Below are positions 40,433 to 50,840 of a stretch of DNA of 64,000 nucleotides, piece by piece. The notes under the pieces were generated by a model. It did no database searches and was not told the origin of the DNA. It worked only from the letters and a program-made list of their open reading frames with translations. The position numbers were made by a program, and so were the translations under genes. This DNA comes from an uncultured Acidobacteriota bacterium. GTDB lineage: Bacteria > Acidobacteriota > JAQAZP01. The stretch is taken from positions 1,632,001-1,696,000 of the forward strand of contig CAWIIB010000001.1 in NCBI GenBank assembly GCA_963836075.1, written 5' to 3'. The stretch's first letter is position 1. Every line of letters begins with the position of its first letter.

Positions 40433-41755
40433 ATGGGTAACAGACATCCGAATCCACATTCCTTCAACAAGGGTCCCCATGCGGGGGAAAAGAACGAGCA
40501 CCGAACACTGATTAAGAACATCAGCATCTTCAACGGGAAATCGAAAACCCTGACCAAAAAAAAGGATGTCGTCCTGCTGGACAACACCATCGAGAAGATC
40601 ATCCCGGCAGGCAGCAAGGAGAACGCCTATGGGCATGTCATCGATGGCAAGGGTGGATACCTTTCACCGGGCCTGATCGACAACCATCTGCATCTCATGA
40701 TGGGCGTGTCACAGGCGGAGTTTTTCAATGGCCCCTTCCAGTATGTAACCTGTATGGCTGTACGTGAGGCGGAAGATATGCTCATGCGCGGGGTTACTAC
40801 CTGCCGTGATGTGGGCGGCAACATTTTTGGATTGAGGAAAGCAGTCAACAGTGGGCTCCTGCCCGGCCCCAGGATCTATGGTTCAGGCAGCTTGATTGCG
40901 CAGTATTCGGGCCATGTGGATTTCCGCAACCCCAACGACATGCCCAAGGAATGGGGTGGCCCCATTAGTACCGTGGAGCGTTCTGAAATGAATTGCGGTC
41001 TCCTGGCCACCGGTGTCGACCAGGTGATGGCTGCGGCGCGTCATAATCTCTACCTTGGCGCTGATTTTATCAAGATCGCCAACGGTGGGGGCGTCTCATC
41101 TTTTACCGATCCGCTTTATGTGAATGAGTTCTTCGAGGAAGAAACCAGAGCCGCGGTAAGGGTAGCTGAAGACTACGGCACCTATGTGGCAACCCATGTG
41201 TTTAATCCTGTCGGTATCAAAAGAGCACTCAATGCAGGGGTCAAGACCATTGAGCATGGCCACCTCATCGATGAAGAAGCCATGGAATTGCTGGCAGAAA
41301 AAGAGGCCATCCTTTCCCCACAGGTATACGTGATGGCGATGCTGAAGCCCATCTATACCGATCCAGTCCGCGCCGGCAAACTGAAGCAAGCCCTTGATGG
41401 TATGGACAATATGTTCAAGCTGGCCAAGAAGTACAAGGTCAAGATGGTGTACGGCACCGACCTGCTCTTTGATTACGAAGGAAGGAAGGACCAGCTCAAG
41501 GACCTCACGCTAAGAAAGCCCTGGTTCACCTCTGCGGAAATCATGATCCAGGCCACCGGAAACGCCGCGGATTGTGTAGCACTGTGCGGCAAGCGAAATA
41601 TATACGGAAAACTCGGTGTGATAGAGAAAGGCGCCATGGCTGACGTGTTGATTTACGACAAGAACCCCATTGAAGACGTGGCGATTGTGGAAGACCATGA
41701 AGACCACCTGAAACTCATTGTCAAGGACGGCAAGGTCTACAAGAACACGCTGTAA
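40433..41755 (+). CDS. Metal-dependent amidohydrolase (Xaa-Pro dipeptidase-like subgroup)
   Basis: PGLIDNHLH, GVTTCRDVGG, IKIANGGGV, TIEHG, YGTD and GAMADVL. Confidence 0.88.
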   Translation: MGNRHPNPHSFNKGPHAGEKNEHRTLIKNISIFNGKSKTLTKKKDVVLLDNTIEKIIPAGSKENAYGHVIDGKGGYLSPGLIDNHLHLMMGVSQAEFFNGPFQYVTCMAVREAEDMLMRGVTTCRDVGGNIFGLRKAVNSGLLPGPRIYGSGSLIAQYSGHVDFRNPNDMPKEWGGPISTVERSEMNCGLLATGVDQVMAAARHNLYLGADFIKIANGGGVSSFTDPLYVNEFFEEETRAAVRVAEDYGTYVATHVFNPVGIKRALNAGVKTIEHGHLIDEEAMELLAEKEAILSPQVYVMAMLKPIYTDPVRAGKLKQALDGMDNMFKLAKKYKVKMVYGTDLLFDYEGRKDQLKDLTLRKPWFTSAEIMIQATGNAADCVALCGKRNIYGKLGVIEKGAMADVLIYDKNPIEDVAIVEDHEDHLKLIVKDGKVYKNTL

Positions 41756-41833
41756 ACGATACCAGGATCGTCCGATATCACCGCAGCATGAAAGCCGCAT
41801 CAAGAGCGGTCTTCAGGCACTGCCTGGGAACCA

Positions 41834-42841
41834 ATGGGTGTACCGGCAATGATCGAAGAACCTGCCGCGGGCAAGGTCGCGCCTGTCCCGATCCCGGTCA
41901 CGGTGGTGGCCGGGTTTCTCGGGGCGGGTAAGACCACGCTGGTCAACCATATCCTGAACGGGAATCACGGGCAGCGCATCGCGGTTGTGGTCAATGATTT
42001 CGGGTCGATCAATATCGATTCCGAGCTGATCACCAATCTTGGCCAGGGCATGGTGAGTCTGGCCAACGGGTGTATCTGTTGCGTGATCCGCAGCGACTTG
42101 ATCAGCGCGGTGCTGACCCTGGCCGGTGAGGCCGATCGGCCGGAGCATATCATCATCGAATCGAGCGGGGTAGCGAATCCGGCCAGTGTGGAGCGGGCGT
42201 TCATGCTGCCGGAAATATGGCACACGGCGCAGTACGCGGGCACCGTCAGCGTGGTGGATGCCGACCAGGTGCGGTCGCTCACCGATGAGCAGGCCGCGTT
42301 GGCGGAACAGCAAATACGAGGCGGCGACCTGATTGTCCTGAACAAGGTCGACCTGGTGAGTGATACCCGGGTTGCCGAGGTTCGTGCCTTGCTGGAGACC
42401 ATCAAGCCCGGGATACAAATCATTGAAACGACCCACTGCGACCTGCCCGTGGAGCTCCTGCTGGGTGGCCGCAGCGTTGATCGGCACAGTTCAGTCCCCG
42501 ATACGACAGAGGGCCGCCACGAGCATGACCAGGTCTTTGAAAGCTGGAGTTACGAATCGGGGCGGCCGCTGCAGTTGGGCCTGTTTCAGGAACTGCTGAA
42601 ACATCTCCCCCGGGATATCATCCGGGCCAAAGGGTTTGTCTTCGCCGCCGACGCCCCGCACAAGCGCTATCTTCTCCAGCTTGTGGGGAGACGGGCCACC
42701 ATCGCGGTGAACGGGGCATGGAATGGGCAACCACCAAAAACCCGCTTGGTGTTCATTGCCAAAAGTAATTCGGTGAACTTTCAGGCCGTCGAGCAGGCCC
42801 TGAATGGCTGTATGCCTGTTAACCAAAGGATAGAAAAATGA
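41834..42841 (+). CDS. CobW/COG0523 G3E-family GTPase metallochaperone
   Basis: GFLGAGKTT, NGCICC, IIESSG, LNKVD and IRAKG. Confidence 0.92.
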   Translation: MGVPAMIEEPAAGKVAPVPIPVTVVAGFLGAGKTTLVNHILNGNHGQRIAVVVNDFGSINIDSELITNLGQGMVSLANGCICCVIRSDLISAVLTLAGEADRPEHIIIESSGVANPASVERAFMLPEIWHTAQYAGTVSVVDADQVRSLTDEQAALAEQQIRGGDLIVLNKVDLVSDTRVAEVRALLETIKPGIQIIETTHCDLPVELLLGGRSVDRHSSVPDTTEGRHEHDQVFESWSYESGRPLQLGLFQELLKHLPRDIIRAKGFVFAADAPHKRYLLQLVGRRATIAVNGAWNGQPPKTRLVFIAKSNSVNFQAVEQALNGCMPVNQRIEK

Positions 42842-44079
42842 AACCCCACAACACCGGAAGCAGAGAACCGTTCGATGATGTCTGCCGCTTTCTCATCAAG
42901 CTCGGCAAGGCGGCTCATGACTACGGCTCGACGTCGGGCCGTCTCGAGATCTACCTCTCCCGCCTGACGGCGGCACTCGGCTATTCCGGCGCGTTCCGGG
43001 TCACGCCGACGGAAATGACCTTCGCCTTCCAGGAAGACCAGGCGCAACCGCAGCGAATGCACATGACATCGCTGCCCGCCGGCGGGCTCGACCTGGACAA
43101 GCTGGCGCGGGTCGGCGACATGATTGACGACATTGAAAACGGAGCCCTCTCCCTTGCCGACGCGGCGACCCGATTGGATGAGATCGGGAAAACAGCGCTG
43201 CCCTGGGGCCAGCTGGCCAATGCGCTCAGCTACGTGCTTATCGGCGCCGGCATTGCGGTCATCTTTGCCGGCAGCTGGTGGGATACGCTCTTCGCCGCTA
43301 TTTTCAGCCTGGTTGTCTTCGGGGTGATCGTTCTTTCCGGCCGCTTCGGGACGTTCGCCGCGGAGTGGCTTCCCCTGACCACCGCGTTCGTGGCCGCCGC
43401 ACTGACCGCCGTCACCCAACTGTTCGTTCCCCAATTGAACCTGGTGCTGGTGACCCTGTCAGCCATCGTTGTGCTGCTCCCCGGCTACACGATCAGTCTG
43501 GGGATCATCGAGCTGGTGGGACAGCAAACAGTCAGCGGCACCGCCAACCTGATGAGAGGGTTGGTCTACCTGGTGAAACAGATCCTGGGCGCCTGGCTGG
43601 GAGCGGCCCTGGTCCTGGCCCTCCTGCCGCGGGATGCCGCGGCCTTCGGCACACCGGTGAACCCTCAGTGGCTCTGGCTGTTCATGCCGCTGCTCATCGT
43701 TGCCCTCTGCGTGGTTTTTCAGACATCGCGCCGGGATCTCATCTGGGCCGCCCTGGGCTGCGGCATCGCCTACGGCGGGATTCTGCTGGGCAGCACGCTG
43801 GTGGGCGGAAACCTGGGGAACCTGCTGGGCACGGTGGTGGCGGTGGCCTTCGCCAATCTGTGGGCCCGGCAAACCGGGCGGCCGACGTCGATTGTCCTGC
43901 TCCCCGCCATCATCCTGCTGGTCAGCGGCAGCATCGGGTTCCGCGGGCTGGCGGCCATGGCAGCCGGCCAGGCGGCCACTGGGGAGCAGCAGTTTGTCCA
44001 GATGTTCATCGTCGCGCTGACCATTGCGGCAGGCGTGTTTATCGGGAACACCATCATACGGCCCAAAGCCACCCTGTGA
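42838..44079 (+). CDS. ThrE-family threonine/serine exporter
   Basis: N-terminal soluble domain (RLEIYL, VTPT, LDLDKL) followed by ~10 TMs with LLPG and VSGTA motifs. Confidence 0.8.
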   Translation: MKPHNTGSREPFDDVCRFLIKLGKAAHDYGSTSGRLEIYLSRLTAALGYSGAFRVTPTEMTFAFQEDQAQPQRMHMTSLPAGGLDLDKLARVGDMIDDIENGALSLADAATRLDEIGKTALPWGQLANALSYVLIGAGIAVIFAGSWWDTLFAAIFSLVVFGVIVLSGRFGTFAAEWLPLTTAFVAAALTAVTQLFVPQLNLVLVTLSAIVVLLPGYTISLGIIELVGQQTVSGTANLMRGLVYLVKQILGAWLGAALVLALLPRDAAAFGTPVNPQWLWLFMPLLIVALCVVFQTSRRDLIWAALGCGIAYGGILLGSTLVGGNLGNLLGTVVAVAFANLWARQTGRPTSIVLLPAIILLVSGSIGFRGLAAMAAGQAATGEQQFVQMFIVALTIAAGVFIGNTIIRPKATL

Positions 44080-44098
44080 GCCGGAAGGAGGAACGGAG

Positions 44099-45442
44099 AT
44101 GAAGAGAATCCTGGCTTTGCTGCTCCTAGTTGTGGCCGTCCCGGCATCGGCTCAGCAGGCGCCGGCCGACCCCCCCGGGCCGGACCAGCCTGCAGTTGAG
44201 GCTGCAGCGACGGACCAGACGCCGGTTCAGAAGCGGGAAGAGACGGTTTTCGAGAAACTGGCCAAGGACCCCCACAATCAGCGGTACGGACGCACCTATG
44301 GTGACGGCTGGATCCCGGTCCCCGGCACCAGGTCCGATGTACGGTTCGGCGGTTTCATACAGCTCAACGTCATCCACGATTTCCAGAATAGTGGATTCCC
44401 CTATGGCGACTTCATCCCGGCCCTGATCCCGGTGCCCACGGATGACACGACGAACACCGAGTTCGATGCGCGCACCAGCCGCGGGACATTCGAGTCACGG
44501 ACCTACACCGACAACGCGGGTTCGATCAAGTCCATGATTTCCATGGATTTCGCCGGAAACGAGACCGCCAGCTCGATCCAGCCGCGTCTGCGTCAAGCCT
44601 ATGTGTCATGGGTCGGCCCGCAGAGCAATATTTCCTTTACCGCCGGTCAGGCGTGGACCACCTACCTCGACCTTGGTGTCTGGCCCGAGCTGTTCGACCT
44701 GGAAGGCCCCAATGCCATGACCGGTGTCCGCCAGGGGCTGCTGCGCGGCTCCTATGCCTTTGGGGAAAAGAAGAACCTGGTCTTCGACCTCGCACTGGAA
44801 CAACCCGAGACCGCGGTGGCCAACGGGAACGGTCTGCGGGACATGCCGGATCTTGCGGCCCGGCTGAACTGGCAGAAGGACTGGGGTCACCTCCAGGGCA
44901 CGGCCATCGGCCGGCAGCTGGTGGCGGAGAGCATGGCGGGAGAGGGCAAGGACTCGGCTTTCGGCTGGGGGTTGTCGCTGTCCGGCAACTGGCTGGTGCC
45001 GGGCACCAAACGGACCAGCGCGCCCTCCGACGACTTGGGGCCGCGCCAGGACAACATCCAGTTCCAGATCCAGGGCGGCAGCGGCATCGGCCGCTACGTC
45101 TTCGACCCCGGCGCGGCGCCCACACCCCAGGACGCGGTCTACGACGACGCCACGGCGGAGCTCACCCCCCTGGACCAGTTCGGCGCTTTTGTGGCCTACC
45201 ACCACTGGTGGACCAACAAGCTGCGCTCCGCAGTCATCTACGGCTTCGTGCGAATGGACAACCTGGAGATACAGCCCGAGACCGTTCTGGAGGGCAGCAC
45301 CTATGCCGCGGCAAACCTCATCTACCGGCCGTTTCGCCGGATGGACATCGGCCTCGAGTATTACTACGGCGAACGTTCGAACAAGGACGGTGAGACCGGT
45401 CATGCCAACCGGGTGCTGCTGGGCGTGAATTTCGGGTTCTAA
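44099..45442 (+). CDS. DcaP-like outer-membrane porin
   Basis: ATG 44099 with RBS and signal peptide. GWIPVPGT..VRFGGFIQL, RLRQAY, GQAWT and terminal NFGF. Confidence 0.75.
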   Translation: MKRILALLLLVVAVPASAQQAPADPPGPDQPAVEAAATDQTPVQKREETVFEKLAKDPHNQRYGRTYGDGWIPVPGTRSDVRFGGFIQLNVIHDFQNSGFPYGDFIPALIPVPTDDTTNTEFDARTSRGTFESRTYTDNAGSIKSMISMDFAGNETASSIQPRLRQAYVSWVGPQSNISFTAGQAWTTYLDLGVWPELFDLEGPNAMTGVRQGLLRGSYAFGEKKNLVFDLALEQPETAVANGNGLRDMPDLAARLNWQKDWGHLQGTAIGRQLVAESMAGEGKDSAFGWGLSLSGNWLVPGTKRTSAPSDDLGPRQDNIQFQIQGGSGIGRYVFDPGAAPTPQDAVYDDATAELTPLDQFGAFVAYHHWWTNKLRSAVIYGFVRMDNLEIQPETVLEGSTYAAANLIYRPFRRMDIGLEYYYGERSNKDGETGHANRVLLGVNFGF

Positions 45443-45467
45443 AGGAACAGAATCAAAAGGAGTGGCA

Positions 45468-45806
45468 ATGGCACAGACCAAACGGATCGACCGTGAGCAG
45501 TGGGCGGACTTCGCGGTTTCATTCTCCAACGGCAACAAGGGCCGAAGCGTGAAGGTGGAGTTGCTGGGCAGCGAACTGGGTGCACAGACCCTGGTGAACG
45601 GGGCATCGTTCTTCGCGCTGGATCGGGATCCCGAGGGCAAGGGGGACGACGTGGAGATCTCGCTGGGCAAGAAAGCGCCCGACAACTTTCACACGATCCA
45701 GGGCCCGTCCGAGATCTGGCGGCACCAGGACGACAACGGCGCTGTCACCGGCCTGGAAATCATTGACCTCGAGGGTCAGAAAACGATCCTCACCTTTTCC
45801 GAATGA
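45468..45806 (+). CDS. DUF5335-like hypothetical protein
   Basis: IDREQWADF..FS..NKGR.V.VE..G..LGAQ...HTI pattern with AGGAG RBS. Confidence 0.65.
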   Translation: MAQTKRIDREQWADFAVSFSNGNKGRSVKVELLGSELGAQTLVNGASFFALDRDPEGKGDDVEISLGKKAPDNFHTIQGPSEIWRHQDDNGAVTGLEIIDLEGQKTILTFSE

Positions 45807-46090
45807 CGGAGTCGGGGCATCAGTCCTTGACGACGATTGGTTGACCACGCCGGCTATCCGCGTTCGCTCGGTGCTTCGAGAACTGGAGGAAAACCATGAA
45901 CCCATATGTCCAGGCCATGGTGACGATGTTGGCCGTCCACACTCCAACGGGATGAGCGACAGCCGGCGGAAAAATTGAGGATTCATAGACATTGGTTGGG
46001 GGAAGCACTATCTTTCCTTAAATTCCGAGTGATTCGCGCATCGACGTGATGCGGCACACCCGGTGCGTTGTATCGATCGAGGATGTATCG

Positions 46091-47690
46091 ATGAAGAGTC
46101 TGCAACTCGCTTTTGTCTTCTTGCTTGGTATCGTGATCGCGGTGCCTTGCGCAGCGACTGGGTCCGGCTCGGTGTCTGCGGAGGTGGACGATCTGCTTGA
46201 TCGAGCCGATGCTCTCGTGCAGTTGGGCGTGATCGAGAAAGGCGCCGGCCGGTCCTTCGAAGATGCCTTCGACCTTGTGGATGCCGCGGCCGAACGCCTC
46301 ACGGACTCCAGCTTTTCACCTGACGAGCGACAGGCCCTGGCGCTCGAGATCGACGCGATCAGGGAAGATCTCGAGCTGATGGTGGAGCTGAATGAAGAAC
46401 GGTTCTACGGCAGGTTCCGCCTGACTCGCCTGGTCATCCCGACCCTGTTCAGCGGGGACGAATCCGAGGGCCCCGAACAACTGATTCATCCACCGCGGTT
46501 GGCGGCGACAGAGATCGCGGCCCGCAAATTCACTAACGAAATCCGCCGCTTCGATCATCCTCGTCTGGTGATGAGAAGCTCATCGGCGGACTGCAAGTAC
46601 GACAATGTGACATTGCGAATGAATCTCGGTGACGAGCGATCACTCCCCGTCACCCGGAGAGAACTGGTTCGAGCGCTGAGCACGGACGAGATGCGGGACT
46701 TCGATGGAGGGTCGAACGACCCGGAGTTGATCGGCCGGCTCCTTGATGTCTGCGATGCGGCCAGCCTGGTGGTATTGACCGTGGAGCCGGTCACCGTGAT
46801 CGACGAGTTAACGGAGAAAGTGGTCTTTCGTGGAGACGTGTTCCTTACCGGTGAGGCGGTCCAGGGAAGCCCCATCGGTGCAAGCGTTGTCATCCGCAGT
46901 TCGAGCTTCGTGTCCTACGGCATAGTGCGAGATCGCCGGGACCAGTTCTGGCCAATCGTTGGAGTGCAAATGCTGATGCTCGCGCTGGCCATGACCTGGG
47001 CCGCGCGCTTGCGGTGGAGTCTCGACCGGCCCCTGAAGCCGTTCTACCGGCTGGGGATCGGCCTGGTCCTGTTCATCTTCGGCCGGGTCTTCGTTCTCGT
47101 CGCCCTGGTGGTGATGCAGAAAGCGATTCCCGATTCCAGCGCCCTGGCGCTGGTGGCCTGGTGGTGGCCCGCGATCCTGGGCCTGCTGGCCATTCTCGGA
47201 GTCGGCCTGGTGGCCTGGCTCGGCCAGGCGCGATTGACGAATATCATCCCCGGCGCTCGTGGAGAGCGGGCCGTGGGGTCGATTTTTGCACTCACGGCAC
47301 TGGGTGCCGCTTCGGTACTTCGTGGCGCCGCTGCTGCTGCTCGATGGATTCTCGGGATTCGCATGTCTGGTGCCGTTCATCCTGGCCAGCCTCGGTCTGG
47401 CGCTGCTGTTCGGGTTCTCGGCGCGAACCGGCCCCCCCGTTCCCTACTGGTTCATGATCGGCCCCCTGTTCGCCGCTCCACTGGTGGGCGTCAGCCTCCT
47501 GATGGCTTCACCTGGATGGCTCTGGGCCAGTGTGGGTCTGACGGGTGCGATCGGTCTGGCCGCCTGGATACGGCACCGCTACGCAGTGGCACACGGCACG
47601 GAAGAACCCGAGCCGACGCCGGAAGAGGCCGTGGCCGCCGATCAGGAAAAACTGTCCAAACTGCACAAGAGACTCTCCAGGAAGTCCTAG
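46091..47690 (+). CDS. Hypothetical membrane protein (periplasmic N-domain plus multi-TM C-terminus), +1 frameshift at ~47314
   Basis: Signal peptide. Removing one G in tcg-G-tac joins ...LGAAS to YFVAPLLLL... and continues the TM pattern to stop 47690. Confidence 0.7.
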
Positions 47691-47722
47691 CCCTTCGCCC
47701 CGCTATCCTCTGCCAGGCAGGA

Positions 47723-47824
47723 TCAGCCGGTGGCGTCCTGCTCGCTGAGCTTGGCGCATTGCCGGAGGAAGAACTCGCGCGACCAGAGTTCCAATGACGG
47801 CAGTTCACTGGGTTTCACGAATCG
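47723..47824 (-). pseudogene. Orphan 3' end of abiEii (duplicated segment with alternative C-terminus)
   Basis: 47747..47824 matches 49137..49214 at 75/78 nt and reads RFVKPSELPSLELWSREFFLRQCAKLSEQDATG-stop. Confidence 0.85.
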
Positions 47825-47855
47825 GTGAACCTGCGGTCATCCGACTGAAGCCCGA

Positions 47856-49052
47856 TCAGCACAGATATCCAGGCAGGAAGAGGGGAAGACGCTGCTTTTC
47901 CGGAGCAGCAGTGTGGGCGAAGATGATCTTGCGATCGATCTTGACGCCTTTGAACTGTTGCCGGCCTTTCCCCGGGCCACCGATTTCAATCGCAATCTTT
48001 TTTGGTGCGTCCTCGATGAGGTAGTCCGGTGTCTTGGCACCCCGGGTGCTCTTTAAATACTGCAGGCGGATGCCGGCCTGCCTCATCGCCTCCACAAAGT
48101 AATCCTCCCGCAGCCCTCCCACGGCATCGTCGTAGTCCCGGTAGAGCAGGCGGCTTGGTGGCGCCATCAGCACCTTCGGTTCACGAAGGACATTCGTCCC
48201 CGCCGGAAAAACCCGATGGAGGATGAACGCCCTTTCGAGGCATCCGACATACTGTTCCGCCTTGTACTTGGTGATGCCCAGGTTCCGGGAGAGGCTGGAG
48301 TAGTTGATTCCGTCAACCGCGGAGCGTCCGACAAAACGGAGCAGACGCCTGATCGATTCCAGTTCATCGATGTGCAGACGAGCCACCGAGGGGATGTCCC
48401 TGGTGATGACCTTCTCGACGATACTCTCCAGGAGGACAAGCGGCCGCGGTTCCTCCAGGGAAAAAGGCAGGATCCCACCCTGGAGATAGTCCTCGAAGAA
48501 CCGCCCGGAACGAAGGTGCTCTGGTTCCCAGTCCCCCGCGATGATCTGCTCCAGGTCGAGCGGGGGCAGGGAGATGTCCTGTGCGAAAGCCAGGTATTCG
48601 CGAAACGAGAAGCCGTGAAGATCGATCAGCCGCACACGGCGCGACAAATCGTGGGCGGATGCACGCATCGCCAGCGCCACGGAACTCGAAAACAGGATCC
48701 GGACATCGACAAAGTCATACAACCGCTTGAGCAGCGCCGTGGAATCCGGAAGAAAATGGATCTCATCCAGAAGGAACGTCCGAAACCGATAGTGCTGGTT
48801 CAGCTTTCGAATCAGCTCCCAGGCATCATCGTCCCGGCCGAGCGTGTCAGCGGACAGGTAGAACGCGTCCTCGTGATCGACGGCAAACTGTCTCAGGAGC
48901 ACCGTCTTGCCGACCCCCCGGGCGCCGACGATTCCCACAAAATGCCGGCCTCCGTCATGCTCCAGTTGCGGGTAGAGGAAGCGCTTTCGGCCGTATTTCC
49001 GGCCATCCTGCTTCGCCAGTTCATGAAGTTCCAGCAGTCGATGAATGTCCAT
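47856..49052 (-). CDS. AAA_14/COG1373-like ATP-binding protein with C-terminal PD-(D/E)xK-like segment
   Basis: GARGVGKT, LLDEIH, DLSRR, YLQGG.LP and TPDYLIE...IAIEIGG. Confidence 0.85.
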   Translation of the reverse strand: MDIHRLLELHELAKQDGRKYGRKRFLYPQLEHDGGRHFVGIVGARGVGKTVLLRQFAVDHEDAFYLSADTLGRDDDAWELIRKLNQHYRFRTFLLDEIHFLPDSTALLKRLYDFVDVRILFSSSVALAMRASAHDLSRRVRLIDLHGFSFREYLAFAQDISLPPLDLEQIIAGDWEPEHLRSGRFFEDYLQGGILPFSLEEPRPLVLLESIVEKVITRDIPSVARLHIDELESIRRLLRFVGRSAVDGINYSSLSRNLGITKYKAEQYVGCLERAFILHRVFPAGTNVLREPKVLMAPPSRLLYRDYDDAVGGLREDYFVEAMRQAGIRLQYLKSTRGAKTPDYLIEDAPKKIAIEIGGPGKGRQQFKGVKIDRKIIFAHTAAPEKQRLPLFLPGYLC

Positions 49053-49100
49053 GAAAACCCACCTTTATGCGGAACATTAAACAAGATGACATACATTTTG

Positions 49101-49979
49101 TCAAATCATTTTACGAGATGAGTGTGGCCCGCCACCGAGCTTGGCGCATTGCCGGAGGAAGAACTCGCGCGACCAGAGTTCCAGTGACGGCAGTTCATTT
49201 GGTTTCACGAATCGCTGCACATCCCGCCGGGCCTGCATCCAGTCATGTTCCGCAATCATGGTGCGGAGTTGTTCCACACACCAGGCGTTATCGGTCTTCG
49301 GGGACTGACCTTTCCATGGTCCCTGCTGATCCAGAGCGGCGGAGAGCAACTCGTGGTTTATCGGTGTTCTCCGAGCCGTGTACCAGATGAAGTCGTACCA
49401 GTCGCGGCCCTTGAGATAGGTGCGGCACAGCAGAGCGTGGAGCTTGCCCGCAAAAAGGCTGGGCAGGTCGAAAATGCGCACCGCGGCGGGAAACGGATAG
49501 TCCAGAACCGGCATGTCGTATGAAGCCCCCGCCGGCGGATTGGTATCCACTTCCAGCTTGATCCGCAGCTTCCGCATGCGACCGGCCGGAGACCGGTAAT
49601 CGAGGCGCAGCAACTTGCCCACCGAGTCGTCTTTGACAAAGGCCTGTTGTACCGTTGCGCCGGCCCTGGAGCGGTCATCGATCTCCAGCTCATAGCCATA
49701 GACCACCAACTCCCGGCGAACCCGTTCAAGATAGGGGGAAAGCCGAAACGCCGGGTCCGGTGCGGCGAGGGCGAAGTCCATGTCTTCCGAAAACCGGTTC
49801 AGGCTATGGAAGATGCGCAGACATGTGCCGCCCTGGAATCCGGCCCGGCCAAAAAGATCCGTCCGACCCAGGCCGGCAAGAATGATCTCCTGGGTGATTT
49901 CGCGCAGGGCCTGATCTTCCTCGAGCGTGGATTTGCAGGCATACGCGGCAAGCCGCTCCTGGATGATTTCGACACTCAC
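49101..49979 (-). CDS. abiEii: AbiEii/AbiGii-family nucleotidyltransferase toxin (type IV TA)
   Basis: FQGGTCLRIFHSLNRFSEDMDF, IKLEVDTNPP and KLHALLCR...KGRDWYDF. Confidence 0.92.
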   Translation of the reverse strand: MSVEIIQERLAAYACKSTLEEDQALREITQEIILAGLGRTDLFGRAGFQGGTCLRIFHSLNRFSEDMDFALAAPDPAFRLSPYLERVRRELVVYGYELEIDDRSRAGATVQQAFVKDDSVGKLLRLDYRSPAGRMRKLRIKLEVDTNPPAGASYDMPVLDYPFPAAVRIFDLPSLFAGKLHALLCRTYLKGRDWYDFIWYTARRTPINHELLSAALDQQGPWKGQSPKTDNAWCVEQLRTMIAEHDWMQARRDVQRFVKPNELPSLELWSREFFLRQCAKLGGGPHSSRKMI

Positions 49980-50623
49980 AGGTTCAGATCCTTTCTGAGG
50001 CCGGCCAGGAAGCGGGACACCCGGCCGGGTTTATAGGCAGACGCGACTTCATCAAACATTTCGCCGGTCAACTCGGCCAAAGATTCGCCTTCAACACGCA
50101 GGCTCTCCACCACCGGGGCGGCGGAACGCCAGTCACACCGCTGGACGTACACATGGTCGGCCAACGCCTTGAGCGGGGTTGCCAGAAACAAGGATCCACT
50201 CCCTTCTACCGAGACCCGGCGAACCCCCGCCAGAAACCGGAGTTGGGGAACGCGGGTGAAGCTGAACAGCCCGACCGGTGTGTCGAAAGTCCGTGATCGT
50301 CCCAGGGAAACACTGGTAACGGATTGCACTCCTTCCGGAATCCAACCATGGTGCGAGAGGGCGGTTTCCAGGCTGACATAGCTCGGGCCGTGAATGAGCT
50401 GGGCCAATTCCAGAGGATTGATTTTGTCATGAGTGAACCGGCTGGACAGGCAGTAGAGCCCCCTGTATACGCGCCAGACCTCTCCACTGGCCACGGCCCT
50501 CTTGAGCAGGGCGTCCAGGCGCGGACCGCCGCTCCCAACCCAGAGAGCTGCCTGGTCCCTGGTAAAGACACCTCGTTTCGCCCTTGTGAGAGCAATTTCC
50601 GTCACTGTCTGCATGTGCACCAT
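49976..50623 (-). CDS. abiEi: AbiEi-like type IV antitoxin/transcriptional regulator
   Basis: wHTH-like RVYRGLY, PSYVSLETALSHHGWIPE and ATPLKALAD. 4-nt overlap with the toxin start. Confidence 0.85.
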   Translation of the reverse strand: MVHMQTVTEIALTRAKRGVFTRDQAALWVGSGGPRLDALLKRAVASGEVWRVYRGLYCLSSRFTHDKINPLELAQLIHGPSYVSLETALSHHGWIPEGVQSVTSVSLGRSRTFDTPVGLFSFTRVPQLRFLAGVRRVSVEGSGSLFLATPLKALADHVYVQRCDWRSAAPVVESLRVEGESLAELTGEMFDEVASAYKPGRVSRFLAGLRKDLNL

Positions 50624-50782
50624 ACTGTCATATAACGACAGTTAAACGCAACAGCATGAGTTCATTTCTAAAAACTGGTCGAATTCATACAAATTCGGTC
50701 CACATCCATCACCAGAAACCACCCCCCGATGCAAGTTGTGATGCCGCCTTCCCCCCTCCCCTCCTCCGGGGTACGCCAAATA

Positions 50783-50840
50783 TACCACTCCAATTACCAC
50801 CCTTGGGGAATTTACAGATTCCATGCAAAAAAGCTAGATT
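50783..50840 (+). promoter_or_regulatory. TACCAC-box promoter (copy B)
   Basis: TACCACTCCAATTACCACCCTTGGGGAATTTAC, then TTTACA-N18-TAGATT. Similarity to copy A extends to ~50866. Confidence 0.75.

Noticed and set aside
47747-49214. Prophage/ICE attL-attR pair or IS target duplication
   Set aside because: No integrase, transposase or terminal inverted repeats, and the insert is a single ATPase gene.
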